Below are positions 1-11,914 of a stretch of 64,000 nucleotides of DNA, piece by piece. The notes beneath the pieces were generated by a model. The model ran no database searches and was not told where the DNA came from. It saw nothing but the letters and a program-made list of their open reading frames with translations. Source of the DNA: Eledone cirrhosa (Eukaryota); contig OZ024752.1 of NCBI GenBank assembly GCA_964016885.1, forward strand, positions 26,040,001 to 26,104,000, given 5' to 3'. The position numbers and the translations under genes are program-made. Position 1 is the stretch's first letter. Each line of letters starts with the position of its first letter.

Positions 1-577
1 TCTTGTTGGTGTTGTCACTGTTGTTGTTCTTGTTGGTGTTGCTGCTGCTATTGCTGTTGTTGTTCTCCCCTGTGTCGTGGTTACCTTCTGTGCTGTTGGC
101 CTTGTTGGTGCTGCTGCTGTCGCTACTATTACTCTCTGTGCTGTTCGTTTTGTTGGTGCTCTCGCTATTACCACCTTCTGCGCTGTTCGGCTTGTTGGTG
201 TTGGTGTTGTCGCTGTTACCACCTTCCGCGCCGCTCGGCCCGTTGGTGCTGGCACTGTCGCTGCTCACATTCGTGCTGGTGGCGCTCCTCGCCTCACCTC
301 TCCTCTCAACGCTCAAGTCGCCGTTGCACGACAGCAGACCCGCCTCTAGGGGGCGTGGCTCCGCCATGTTTTTTTGAGAAAAAAATTATTATTTTTTTTC
401 AAAATAAAGTTCAAATATTTGGGCCAAAAGGCCCAAATATTATGAGTTATTCCTTCACAGGATACAAATTAATGTCTTATAATGCTTCAGCGGTACAAAA
501 AATAAACAATTCTCTACAATTAATCCTCAAAAATTGCTTACTCACGGAGCTTCAAAAAACGTACATCCACTTTCGTC
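1..577 (-). mobile_element. 5' end (5'UTR plus ORF1 N-terminus) of a Tx1-clade LINE running off the window edge
   Basis: Minus-strand ATG at 367 reads MAEPRPLEAGLLSCNGD..., similar to MAEPRPPAICRLSCDND of the copy at 5528. It shares the 5'UTR hairpin at 414-441, has a ~210 nt UTR and abuts (AAT)n at 578. Confidence 0.85.
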
Positions 578-875
578 AATAATAATAATAATAATAATAA
601 TAATGATTTCATTTATTGGCCACAAGGGCCGACATATAGGAGACAATACAAAAGACTGGGACAGTGGGGTTTTACAGAAAAATCGAGTAAACAATATGAA
701 TAAACATAGTAAAAATAACAAAGTAACAATAAAGTAACAAGAAAATTACAAGAAAACATTCCTCAATAGGGGGGATGACCACCTAGGGTTCGCTCAGGTA
801 CCCCACCAGTCCTGAACGACCCGACGCTTCGAGAGAACCCTGGAGGGCACCCTTCTCCTCTTCAAATTTACCTAC

Positions 876-3533
876 CTACAGCCGCATGACCAGAGTAGGC
901 CCACTCACACGGGCCATTCTCGCCACATTCACCCACCTTTCAGCAAATGTACTGGGGGGCAGCACTTCTCTCTCCACCCTCACCTTCCTTTCCAAGTGAA
1001 ACTTGAAAATGTTGATGAGGGATAGGCCAAAGAGAAAAGTGTCTGTCTTCAGTCCTTTCAACCTCGTCCACCATACAACCTCTTTCGCTACTGCCACCAG
1101 ACAGAGGAAAATTGCCTGCCCTTCCTGGCCAAAAGAAGGCGGCGGTTCAATCTTCACTATGGACTCGGCCGATAGCCGGATCCGTTCTACACGCGACAAC
1201 AGCTGTTCAACATAACTCCACAAGTCAGTAATGCACGGACACTGGACGAGTACGTGCAGAACGGTTTCGTCGCTCTGCGCGCATCTCGAGCAGGTCCGTC
1301 TGACAGCACTTCCGTGCCTGTAGAGTTTATCTCGAACCGGTAGTGCCCCCCGGTAGCACTGCCAAGCGAGGGATTTTTGGAAATTATCCATCGTCCTCGG
1401 CTCGAAAGTCCTCCGGTACAGACTGGTTAGTTCGATTTCGTTGACTCCCAGAGCCTCTCCGAGTGCGTCGTCGCACTTTCCCACCACTAATCCTCTATAG
1501 AACTCGAGAGTGGAAGTTCCACTGACCGCATTGCCCTCCTGGTAGAGGGCAGTGAGTGCCTGGTAACATTCCAGATGCCAGTCACCCAGTCTCGGTCTCT
1601 TCTTGACCCAGGACTGCAACTCAGTCAAAGAAACGAGCTGCGGAAAGGCCCGTCTGACAAACGGCGACCACACCTGTTCACCGTTTAGGCAGAATATCTG
1701 GAGATGTCGCAGCCTCAGCGCGTGCCTGCGCATCATTAGCCACGGCATGCACAGCCCTCCACGTAGAGAGTGCTGGCAGCAGATGGACCGCCTCACCAGC
1801 GGAACCTGACCCCTCCACAAGAATTTGAAGAGGAGCCGCTTTAAGATGTCGAGGCGCGAACGGGGGCAAAGGACGACAGTCAGACGGTAGTAGATGACGG
1901 ACGCGATGTACGCGTTCGCCACCTCCGCCCGACCTTTCAGTGATAGCTTCATCCCAGCCCATTTCTGGGTGAGACTGACTACCCTGCTTGTCACCTCGTC
2001 CCAATTCTTATCCACCTAGAGGTCTGGCCCGAACCAAACCCCTAGCAACTTTACCGGTCCGTCCGTCCAGCGCCTAACGACGCTGTTGGACGGCATGGAC
2101 TTGCCTCTCCAGGTGCCGAGTTGCAAGCCCACTGACTTTTCCGGGTTAAGTTTTGCTCCCGTCAACCTTTCATATTCCTCCAATAAGTTGCCGACCACCT
2201 CGATTTCTGAGGTGTCCGACACCATCACGGTGATGTCGTCCGCATAAGCCGACACAGCCTTTCCGCGTCCCGGTTCGAGCGGGATGCCCTGCAACAGCTC
2301 CAGCTTCCGCAGTAAAGGCTCGAGAGTCAATACGTACAGAAGGGAGGAGAGAGGGCACACTTGACGGACCGATCGGGAGACCTGAAACGGTTCCGAGAGG
2401 TGGAGGTTGTCATGTATGGACCTGGTTGGGATTGCGCAAGTTTGCGCCTCCCCAACCAAATCCCCGACGACAAGCGCCAACCTCTTCGCAAACACCCTGG
2501 CCAAAATCTTAAACTCTGTGTTGAGCAGAGTTATGGGCCTGAAATTGTCTAATGTGTCCCTCTTGTTCTCGTCTTTCCTTATCAGCGTCACTACGCCCCG
2601 GCTCACAGAACTGGGAATACTCCCGTTTTGCTGCCAGTTGCAGTAGAGCGCTTCGAGGAGATTGGAGAACAAGTCTGGCATATTTACGTAAAGCTCGTAG
2701 GGCAGACCATCCAAACCGGGTGACTTGCGCCTCATGTAGCCTACAAGGGCATCCTGAATCTCGGCTGAAGTAATTGGCCTTTCGCAGCGCTCAGCGTCAG
2801 CCGTCGAGAGTTGCGGCAAGCCATCGAGGTACGGACTGAAGTCCGCCACCATCTCTGAGCCGCCACTTCCCCCGAACAACCGAGCAAAATGTTGGCTAAA
2901 GGCCTCACACATCCTCTTGGAATCGTTCAGCTCGAGTCCGTCAGAGACCTAATCGTGGTGAGCCCAGGTCCACACTGGCGCATTAGGGAAATCTAGTCGG
3001 TACCTGTCAGACAGTTGGAACTGGCTGATCAGGTTCTTGAGGCTTTTGCATCCCCCGCTCCTATCGGATAATCCCACACAGTCCCAGCGTGCGTCTAAGA
3101 TGCCGTTCCAGTCCCCCGCTAACAGTAAAGGGCGAGACGTACCCAGAAAGGCTTCCAGGCGTCTAAAGAAGTCCGGCCGTCCTGCCCCAGTAGGAGCATA
3201 GACGGCCACCAGTCTAAAGGCACCACCTTCATTATTGTTCACGTCCAGGACCACCAACTTCCCGTCCGGGTCCCGGAAGATCGACCTTACATCGAGATCC
3301 AGGTCTTTCCTAAACAGCACTGCCACCCCGCCTCCCATTCCCGGCTGGCTAACAGATGCAAAGATTTGATAGTCGTTGAAAATGGGGGCTAGTGCGCACG
3401 TGTCCGAAATCCTGGTCTCGCTGACTGCAATTACATCCATTTCTATAGACCTGAGGTCGTTGAGCAGGTGACCCTGCTTCCAAGACGATCTCAGGCCTCG
3501 AACATTTAAACATCCTACTCTTAATACGGCCAT
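876..3533 (-). pseudogene. Tx1 ORF2 (APE endonuclease-reverse transcriptase), disrupted
   Basis: Fragments 2949-3533 (MAVLRVGCLNVRG, SET, GDWN), 2016-2912 (SPGLDG, FRPITLLN, YADD) and 876-2015 (CSRC...ETVLHVLVQC). It has in-frame stops and two large deletions relative to the copy at 47272-50690. Confidence 0.9.
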
Positions 3534-3564
3534 GTTGGCAGGTTAAACAGAGAGAGAGGAAGGT

Positions 3565-5528
3565 TTACTTACCTTCCGGGCTCTTGTAAAGGTCGGGTTG
3601 TTCGACCTCCATAGTTAATGGGGTTTCTTTTGGGAACCCCTTTAAAAGTCTTGAAGTGGGTTTTACGTTCGGGGTTCCCACGTCCCGAGGAAAGCTGTAT
3701 CGTATTTCTTTGAATATGTCGAGCAACATTCGTGCCAGAACCAAATCTTCCGGCACGCCAAATGTGCTCGATTTAAACATTTCCCCCTCTTTTTGTATAT
3801 TTTCACTTCGTGCTACGAGGGCCATCAGTTCCTTGCTGGCCCTCCTGACGAGCACGAAGTTTTGTAATTTTTGTTGGTGTGATTTTATTTGTTTGCGTGG
3901 CTGTGGTGGTGATGGTTTTGGTGGTGTTGTTTCGGTTGTATCTGTGTTTGTTGTGAGTGCGGTGTCTGCGGTTTCAGATGTTTGTGTGTATATTTGTTCT
4001 TGTGTCTGTTTCGGTTGTTTGCGTTTGGGGGATTCTGGTGATGGTGATGGTGGTGTTGATGTTGGTGTTATTGGAGAGATGTTTGCGTGGGTGGTGTCTG
4101 CGTTTTTTATTGTGGGTGCTTTTGTGCTTTGTTGAGTTTTTTTGTTGTTTTTTGTGTTTCCTTTTTTGTATTTTGGGGGATTTGGGATTTCCCTCATTTT
4201 CACTACTAGTAGATGAGGGGTCTGTGTCTGTAAGTGTGTCTGTATGTATGTTTAAGGTTTTATTGGTGTGTGTATTTTTGGGGGGAGGGGGAATTTGACA
4301 GTTTTTCTCGTTTCCCCCTTGGGTGGTCAATGTTGGTGGTGGTCTTTCTATTGGTGTTGTTGTTGGTGGTTTTGCCGGTGCAGGTGTTGGTTGTGGTCCT
4401 CGCCCCGGCGTCGGCAGCAGTGGAGCCTTTCGACCCCTTGCCTCTTTCAGCAGTTGAGGGCAGAAGGCTCGCAAATGGGTTTTTTCCCCACAAACAAAAC
4501 ACTGCGGCCTTTTGCCTTCGGTCATAATGTGAATGACAGTCCCATTCTGAAGGCGGATGTGGTCTGGGATTGTCTTCACATTCTCGGGCCTGATCTGGAG
4601 AAGGATCTCCAGGTCAACCTCTGACCAGTCCTCTCTGGCCGTTCTGGTCACTTCTATAGGGACTGCATCCGTCCCCTCCACAATCACACATCCCAGAAGC
4701 CACCACATGTCAAGTCCTGGTGGGATTCTGGGATTTGCGGAGACGGGCCGTTCTTTTTCCCATGTGGGAGGGGTACATTATGACCTTGCTGGTTTTGCAA
4801 GGAGTCATAGCGAGGGCTTCTGACTTGAACAACACCGAAATGGTGCCGTACTGTCTGCTTCTCTCTATGTACTGGGTGTCTTCTCTGATGCACCTCAGCG
4901 CGTCTTCGACATCTTCTTGTGGGATTAACGCTGCCCTTTTGGTTTGTGCTGAGATGCATCTATAATGCACCGTTTTGCGCTCCACTGCCTCAATAGCTTC
5001 TACCGGGACAGTTAAGTTGGCCCAAGTTTGCTCTTGCTTGATGAGCTTCCATGCCTGGGCCAACTTTTCATCTTTGTTTGAGAGGTCCATGTTGAAGCAT
5101 GGCCTCTTTTTTGCTGCTGCCGCAGCGAAAGTGGTCTTGTTTTCGTTGGGGGTGTTGTTGACGTTGTTCTTGTTGGTGTTGTTGTTAGCACTGTCGCTGT
5201 TATCATTGTTGTCTTTGTTGCCACCGTTGTTCTCGGTGCAGTTGGCATTGTTGCTGTTGGTGTTGTCGCTATTTGTTTTCATGTTAGTGGTGTTGATATT
5301 GTTGTTGTATTTGTTATTTTTTTTGTTATCTGTATTTTCGTTGTCGCTGTTACTGTCATTATTTTCAAAATTAGAGTTCTTATTGGTATCATTGGTATCT
5401 TTGTTTACCTTGTTTGTGGTGGTGTTTGTGTTATCAATGTGTGTTAATTTCGCTGGAGCGCTCCTCTCAACTTCTACGTCGTTGTCGCACGACAGCCGAC
5501 ATATTGCTGGGGGGCGTGGCTCAGCCAT
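3565..5528 (-). pseudogene. Tx1 ORF1 (gag-like zinc knuckle protein), frameshifted
   Basis: Three overlapping ORF pieces (4710-5624, 3974-4708, 3565-4203). Asn-rich N-terminus, CX2CX4HX4C knuckle, Pro/Thr-rich linker; homologous to ORF1 at 20142-21977. Confidence 0.85.
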
Positions 5529-5756
5529 GTTTTTTTTCTTCGTAAATTTTTTAACATGTAAAAAAAAGTTCAAATATTTTGGGCCAAAAGGCCCAAATAT
5601 TATACTTTCCCCTTCAAGGGGCAAAGTCTAAGGGCTTATATCCCTTACACAACAAGAAATATTTAACAACAAATAATTTTAACAGGCAAATAAACTGATT
5701 TACTGTGAGCGAGCAAAATACGTCCGCTTAGACCAATAATAATAATAATAATAATA

Positions 5757-6073
5757 AAGAGAAGGAGAGGGAGAAAATTAACCAATACCAGGACTTAAAG
5801 TGGGAGGTAAAAAGGATTTGGAACTGCCATGAGGTCAAAGTGGTCCCGATTGTCATAGGCGCACTAGGTACTATCTCAAAGAGTTTCCAAGGATGGTTAA
5901 AGAAAATTGGTCCCGCTCCGCTTTTTGGAACACTTCAAAAGGCATGCTTGCTGGGAACAGCAAGAACCCTCCGATACGTCCTGAATATCTGAGGCTGCAG
6001 GTAGCGGCTCGATATTCATTTCAACAAACCTTCCAGTTAAATAACATCAATCACTGAGACTCAAAGAACAACA

Positions 6074-6075
<2 letters not shown>
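5757..6075 (+). mobile_element. 5'-truncated R4/Dong-clade LINE 3' end with (TAA)n tail
   Basis: Near-identical to 6853-7058 (EKEREKINxYQDLKWE...PIVIGALG...LQKACLLGTAR), followed by a short 3'UTR and (TAA)n 6075-6148. Confidence 0.85.
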
Positions 6076-6148
<73 letters not shown>

Positions 6149-6203
6149 GAAGAAGAAGAAGAAGAAGAAGAAGAAGAAGAAGAAGAAGAAGAAGAAGAAG
6201 AAG
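6075..6203. repeat. (TAA)n followed by (GAA)n microsatellite
   Basis: Directly visible. Confidence 0.98.
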
Positions 6204-6317
6204 ATTTCTAATATTGAGAGGGGAGCCTTTAAAAACAGCATTTAATGCAATGAGACTATGCGGCAAACTGTTAGGGATTGTGGATGTGAAAACTGTACGA
6301 AATCATGCAATCAGGTA

Positions 6318-6472
6318 CAAGGCATGCTTGCTGGGAACAGCAAGAACCCTCCGAAACGTCCTGAATATCTGAGGATGCAGGTGGCGGCTTGGTGGTCATT
6401 TGAACAAACTTTCCAGTTAAATAACATCAATGACTGAGTCTCCAGAATAATAATAATGATAATAACAATAAT
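6318..6472 (+). mobile_element. Very short R4/Dong 3' fragment with (TAA)n tail
   Basis: Repeats 5938-6065 (aaggcatgcttgctgggaacagcaagaaccctccg...ttccagttaaataacatcaat). Confidence 0.8.
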
Positions 6473-6477
6473 AAACA

Positions 6478-7058
6478 AGAAAGATGGTTTACAAGGAGGA
6501 GGCTAGTCCACTGTGCAGGATCTGTGGAGAGGGAGAGGAGACTGTGGCTCACATTGTATCCGAGTGTAAACACCTAGCCCAGACCCACTATAAGGGCTGG
6601 ATACATGATGTGATGGGCAGGGTGATCCACTGGCACCTGTGCAAAGTAAACAATTTACCACATTCTGAGAAATGGTATGAGCATAGGCCAGAGGCGGTGA
6701 TGGAGAACGATCAGGTGAAGGTGCTGTGGGATTTTAGGATACATACGGACAAGAAACTGGAACACAATAGACCTGACCTGGTGGTTGTGGACAAAGAAAA
6801 AAGATCGTGTCTGATTGTGGATGTGGCCTGCCCATTCGACACGAGAGTGCAAGAGAAGGAGAGGGAGAAAATTAACCGATACCAGGACTTAAAGTGGGAG
6901 ATAAAAAGGATTTGGAACTGCCATGAAGTCAAAGTGATCCCGATTGTCATAGGCGCACTGGGGACTATCTCCAAAAGTTTCCAGGGATGGTTAAAGAAAA
7001 TTGGCCCCTACACGCTTTTTGGAACGCTTCAAAAGGCATGCTTGCTGGGAACAGCAAG
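6478..7058 (+). pseudogene. R4/Dong-clade restriction-like endonuclease domain fragment
   Basis: CRICGEGEETVAHIVSEC zinc knuckle, (R/I)HD, and PD-(D/E)xK motif NRPDLVVVD...IVDVACP...EKINRY. Confidence 0.88.
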
Positions 7059-7099
7059 ATGAGCACTTGATGCTCATGGGGAGCAGAGTATCAATAATA

Positions 7100-7187
7100 A
7101 TATCTGAGGGGCTTCCAACTCCAGAGTCGGGATCGAACATTAATCGATCGTTCCTCGAGCTGATCGGCAGTGAAACATATGTAATAT
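7100..7187 (+). ncRNA. Degenerate type I hammerhead ribozyme-like motif (probable Penelope relic)
   Basis: atat-CTGAGGG-(long stem II with internal gatcga/tcgatc hairpin)-GAAA-catatg-TA-atat. A9 of the core is replaced by G. Confidence 0.4.
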
Positions 7188-7229
7188 GCAATTAAATATG
7201 TAAATGACGCAATACTGATTCTTTGTCCC

Positions 7230-7309
<80 letters not shown>

Positions 7310-7726
7310 GTGTGTGTGTGTGTGTGTGTATGCATCAATAATATATGTGTGCGTTTGTATGATATTCTTGTATATATGTACGTATTTTTAACCGTAAGAA
7401 TATATTTGTATATATCTGCGTTTGTTGCGTTTATACGTTTGAGAAAACTTGTATATGTGAATGAGTAGGTGTGAATGTATGACTATGTATATACATATAT
7501 ACGTGTGTGCGTGTGTGTATGTGTGTATGTGCGTATGTACATGTGTGTGTAGGTGCAGTGAATAAACTAATTAGTGGTTATAGAAACAAATGCGACTGTT
7601 TATGTAGGTGCATGTCAGTTTTGATAGCTAGAGGTCGCTACTGTTTTTGTCTAAAATGGATGGAGCTGCTTGTATAAACAACAAACTCTGTGCGTATGAT
7701 TGTGTACGTGCGTGTATGTATGTATG

Positions 7727-7767
<41 letters not shown>

Positions 7768-7848
7768 CTTATTAGAAAATGAAGTTACTTGAATCTTTAT
7801 TCTACGTATCAAGTTCCCGATTAGCCGAACAATGTCATAAACTCCATA

Positions 7849-7900
<52 letters not shown>

Positions 7901-7965
7901 CATTCATAGCACACACACACCTTCACACATAGAGACACACACAGACACACACACACAGACATACA

Positions 7966-8023
<58 letters not shown>

Positions 8024-8077
8024 CCAGTGCACACAACCCATATGTACGGGGACATATATATAGATATATATATGCAT

Positions 8078-8109
<32 letters not shown>

Positions 8110-8670
8110 GTATATATATATGAGAAAGTAAGCTTATTTCTATTCCACACGGGTAAAAATGTAAGAAAAAGACATTGGAAATGCAATTGGAGTCTTTAAA
8201 AAGATTAATTTACAAAATCTTTACCGGTTTCACAGTTTCATGATTTTCAAACGTCAAGTTGCATTTTGAAACTTATGTAATGTCACGTTCCCGCAACTTC
8301 TGCATCCATTAGTTGGGGTATCACTCTAGACACTTTCGTATATATATATAAAATATATAGATTTACATATACATAAACTAGACAGAGCCATAGATATATA
8401 TATATATATGTGTTTTTGGCAACCATTCACGGTATGGCCAATCAGAGCAATATATAAGAAAGTAAGTCCATAGAATCATTTGATAGAATATATACAGTAT
8501 TTCTTCTCCCAACCAGCATAATTAACCACACAAAAAATCAATTAAACGAGGCTATAAGTTTAAAATGTACTTGTGAAGAAACAATAGATAAATAAATGAT
8601 AGCTATTTTATCCGCGATCCACATCCACAGAAGATTTACCCAGTATTTATATATATAGTCCCAACCAAGG

Positions 8671-8762
<92 letters not shown>

Positions 8763-9051
8763 CTTCCAGAAATCCTTAGCCAGGCCATGTTACAGCGGGA
8801 ATTGTTATGGTTCCAGATAAACTACTAACACGAACTACTAACACATCGTGTGTGTATTTGTGTGTGTATCTGTGGTGTATTTGTGTGTGTATTTGTGTGT
8901 GTATCTGTGGTGTATTTCTTACATTCATCTGATTTCTAAATCAAACACTCACTTTCTGTTGTAGTTGATCTTCTTCTTATTCTTCTTATTCTTATTCTTC
9001 TTCATCATCATCATCATCATATTATCATATTTGTTGTTATTATTATGGTAG

Positions 9052-9600
9052 AAGGGTGGTGGATTGGCAGTATCGGTAGAGAGTCGGACGCCATGCTTTC
9101 CAGCATAGTTACGTCCCTTTACGATCTGAGTTCAAATCCCGTCGAGGGTAACTTCGCCTTTCATCCTTACGGGGTCAATAAAATAAAGTACCAGTAATGT
9201 ACTGGGTAATTGCTGGCCTTGTGCCAAAAGTAGAAACAATTATTATGGTAGAATCGGTAGAGAGCCTAACAAAATGTTTTGCAACATTTAGTTACGGACC
9301 TTCACATTCTGTTGAAATCCCACCGACGTTAGTTTTGCCTTTCATCCTTACGGGGGTCAATAAAATAAAGTACCAGTAATGTACTGGGGTCGCTCTAAAC
9401 AACTTTCCCCGCCCCCAAATTTGCTGGCATTGTACGTAAATCAGAAACCGTTATTATTAAAATACCATTAATACACTGGCGTCGCTTAAATCAACCTTCC
9501 TCTTCTGAAAATTGGTGACCATGTGCCTAAATCAGAAACCATTGCTGGCCTTGTGCCTAAATTAGAAACCATTGCTGACTTTGTGCCTAAATTATCCAAC
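9052..9600 (+). mobile_element. Tandem tRNA-derived Nin/Deu-domain SINE copies plus repeated 30-bp tail units
   Basis: A-box TGGCAGTATCGG, B-box GAGTTCAAATCC, core gcctttcatccttacggggtc(g/a)ataaaataaagtaccag, tail gctggccttgtgccaaaagtagaaacaattatt. Confidence 0.85.
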
Positions 9601-9880
9601 GTCGTCTTTGTGGTTATCACCATTATAATCATCATGATATCATTGTTATCTCCTATGTCATCGTTTATTGTGATAAGCTATTCAATTAGGGAATATACCG
9701 TTAAGGTCGTGCCAAGTCACTTCCGGTTCAACTGCAGTTACAATCACTTTATGTTGATGATATAAGCGGCTTTATCACTTACCGCACATAGATATTGTTT
9801 TGTTTTATGTTGTGCAGGGTTTTTTAACTTTTATTTATTCATGCTTGTATCTTGTTGTTCCTTTATGAGAGGGAAGGAGA

Positions 9881-9954
<74 letters not shown>

Positions 9955-10465
9955 GAGTAGTGACCTTGATCTTTGTAGATCAGGGGCTGGGGCGCGATTG
10001 ATACGGTTGCCGTTCAGTTTGAGTATTTGTAATTCAACGCCTACAGGAAGAAATGAGGATAGTGGTGAATTCCAGAGTGTTGCCAATGTAAGACGATAGG
10101 TGGTGTTAAAGGAGTAAGCACATGACCTAACATTGGTTATGAAAGGAGAAGAGATAGGAGTTGTCGTTTGTCGCTACTGTTTAGCCCCAGATTCGTCTAA
10201 ATTGAGCAGAGCTATGGTGAAAGCCATTTCAGTTATGAAAATACAGTGTTTTGTAAGTTTGACGGTGGAACTTGGACTACATTATCCTCTATCTTTTAAA
10301 GACCATATGATACAATCTACGGAAATTTTGGATGTTATTTATAGCCGTTTGGGTTATTATATTGTGGCCCTTTTCCCGGGCTGGAGTGTCTGGAGACGGT
10401 ATGCAGCTAAATCGGGTGTCCCCAACCTTTTTGTGCCCCGGACCAATGTCATGGAAGACAGATAG

Positions 10466-10496
<31 letters not shown>

Positions 10497-10499
10497 GAG

Positions 10500-10685
10500 A
10501 ATGAAATTGAGAAAGAGATATAGGGGAAGAATCGATCCCAGTACTAGACTGGTACCTTTTTTGATGACCTCGAATGGATGAAAGGCAAAGTTAACCTCGG
10601 TGGGATTTGAACTCAGAGGGCAGAAATCTGAAACAAATATGACAAAACATTCTATCTGACGTTCTGACGACTCTGCCAATCCCAA
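10500..10685 (-). mobile_element. tRNA-derived Nin/Deu SINE
   Basis: Reverse complement of the same head and core (ggatgaaaggcaaagttaacctcgg...gatttgaactc...ctgccaatc). Confidence 0.8.
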
Positions 10686-11119
10686 TATATAAGAGGGTAA
10701 ATTAAATTAATTTTAAATGTTTCGGTCTTCTTCCAGGAGAGTCGATTATATAAATATAAATATTTGGATTATATTTCACTTCATAGAGATTTAAATATCT
10801 CCAAACCCTGATTAATCCCATTATATGCGCTAATCTTGAAGACGGGATCTCACCATTCTTCTTAGGAGTCTAATTGTCCCTCGACTTTGCAATGGACTCA
10901 CCTGGCAGAGAAGAAAATGCTTCTATACTTCAACGGAACAACAATTTTGAAAGGTTTACAAAGGGCGAAATTATTTTATACATCAAATGTCAATAATACC
11001 GATATATATATGTGTGTGTTGGGGAGGGGGGGTTCAAAGGTAAACAGAAATAACAACACAATCGGTACAGTATATGGAAGGAGTATATTAGGTTAACGCT
11101 TGAAATAGCAGGAAGAGGG

Positions 11120-11155
11120 TCTTAACGTTTCGGACGCTAGTCCTTCATCAGAAGA
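11120..11155 (-). ncRNA. Minimal type I hammerhead ribozyme
   Basis: Minus strand tctt-CTGATGA-a-ggac(tagc)gtcc-GAAA-cg-TT-aaga: stem I tctt/aaga, 4-bp stem II, palindromic ACGT stem III typical of Penelope-associated minimal hammerheads. Confidence 0.65.
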
Positions 11156-11332
11156 AAGAATGAGAAATTAGATAGATTGAAGAGATGGGGGGGGGGGTGC
11201 AAAAAATGTCTTTAGACAAAAATAACACGTATATATATAAAGTGATGAAATGCCTAGGACGGTTGGAAGGCCACTGATAAAGGACTTACTTTTTCATATG
11301 TAACCCATTTGCAACGCCGCAGCTCCATTATT

Positions 11333-11375
<43 letters not shown>

Positions 11376-11781
11376 TTAGCGATTGAAATTGGCGGGTAGA
11401 AATTGGCGAAACGCAACTTCTGTATTGTGCAGACAAGCGCTCCATGGATATGAAGATACCAGAGCTATAAACATATGTTAAAATGGTCATACAAACTGCG
11501 ACAATGGTTAAGAAGCCATTAACCACCTTAGCCAAAAAGGGGAACAAGCTAAACGGGTCAAACAAAATAAGATATGATTGAAATAGTTACCCGGACCCTC
11601 GGGGAAGATGGAATACTCCGATATTTGAGTTTCTGCAGCACCTAAATCAATAATACTGTCTGCTTATAAAAAATAAGCTTTTGGTATAATGATCGAATAA
11701 GACATCGCTTTCTCAACAGGCATTTTGCTCTTCGTGCGCCAGAATCTCACAGGTTATCAAAGCACATGTGAGGTTCTAAGG

Positions 11782-11914
<133 letters not shown>

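Larger units (their letters stand above)
605..5734 (-). mobile_element. Tx1-clade LINE, family A, intact ends, internally deleted
   Basis: ORF1 with a CCHC knuckle (CFVCGEKTHLRAFC) and ORF2 with APE, RT (YADD) and a C-terminal Cys motif. AATAAA lies just before an (ATT)n tail, and (AAT)n flanks both ends (578-604, 5735-5756). Confidence 0.93.

Noticed and set aside
3656-5631. Antisense hydrophobic ORFs over Tx1 and Penelope ORFs (also 20431-22041, 36394-36852)
   Set aside because: Shadow frames of Asn/Thr/Lys-rich sense coding sequence.
9052-9150. tRNA genes suggested by A and B boxes
   Set aside because: These are SINE heads continuing into a shared core and tail, with no complete cloverleaf.
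11241-11277. GTGATGA...CTGA as a C/D box snoRNA
   Set aside because: Too short, and box C is not conserved in the related copies at 28531-29267.
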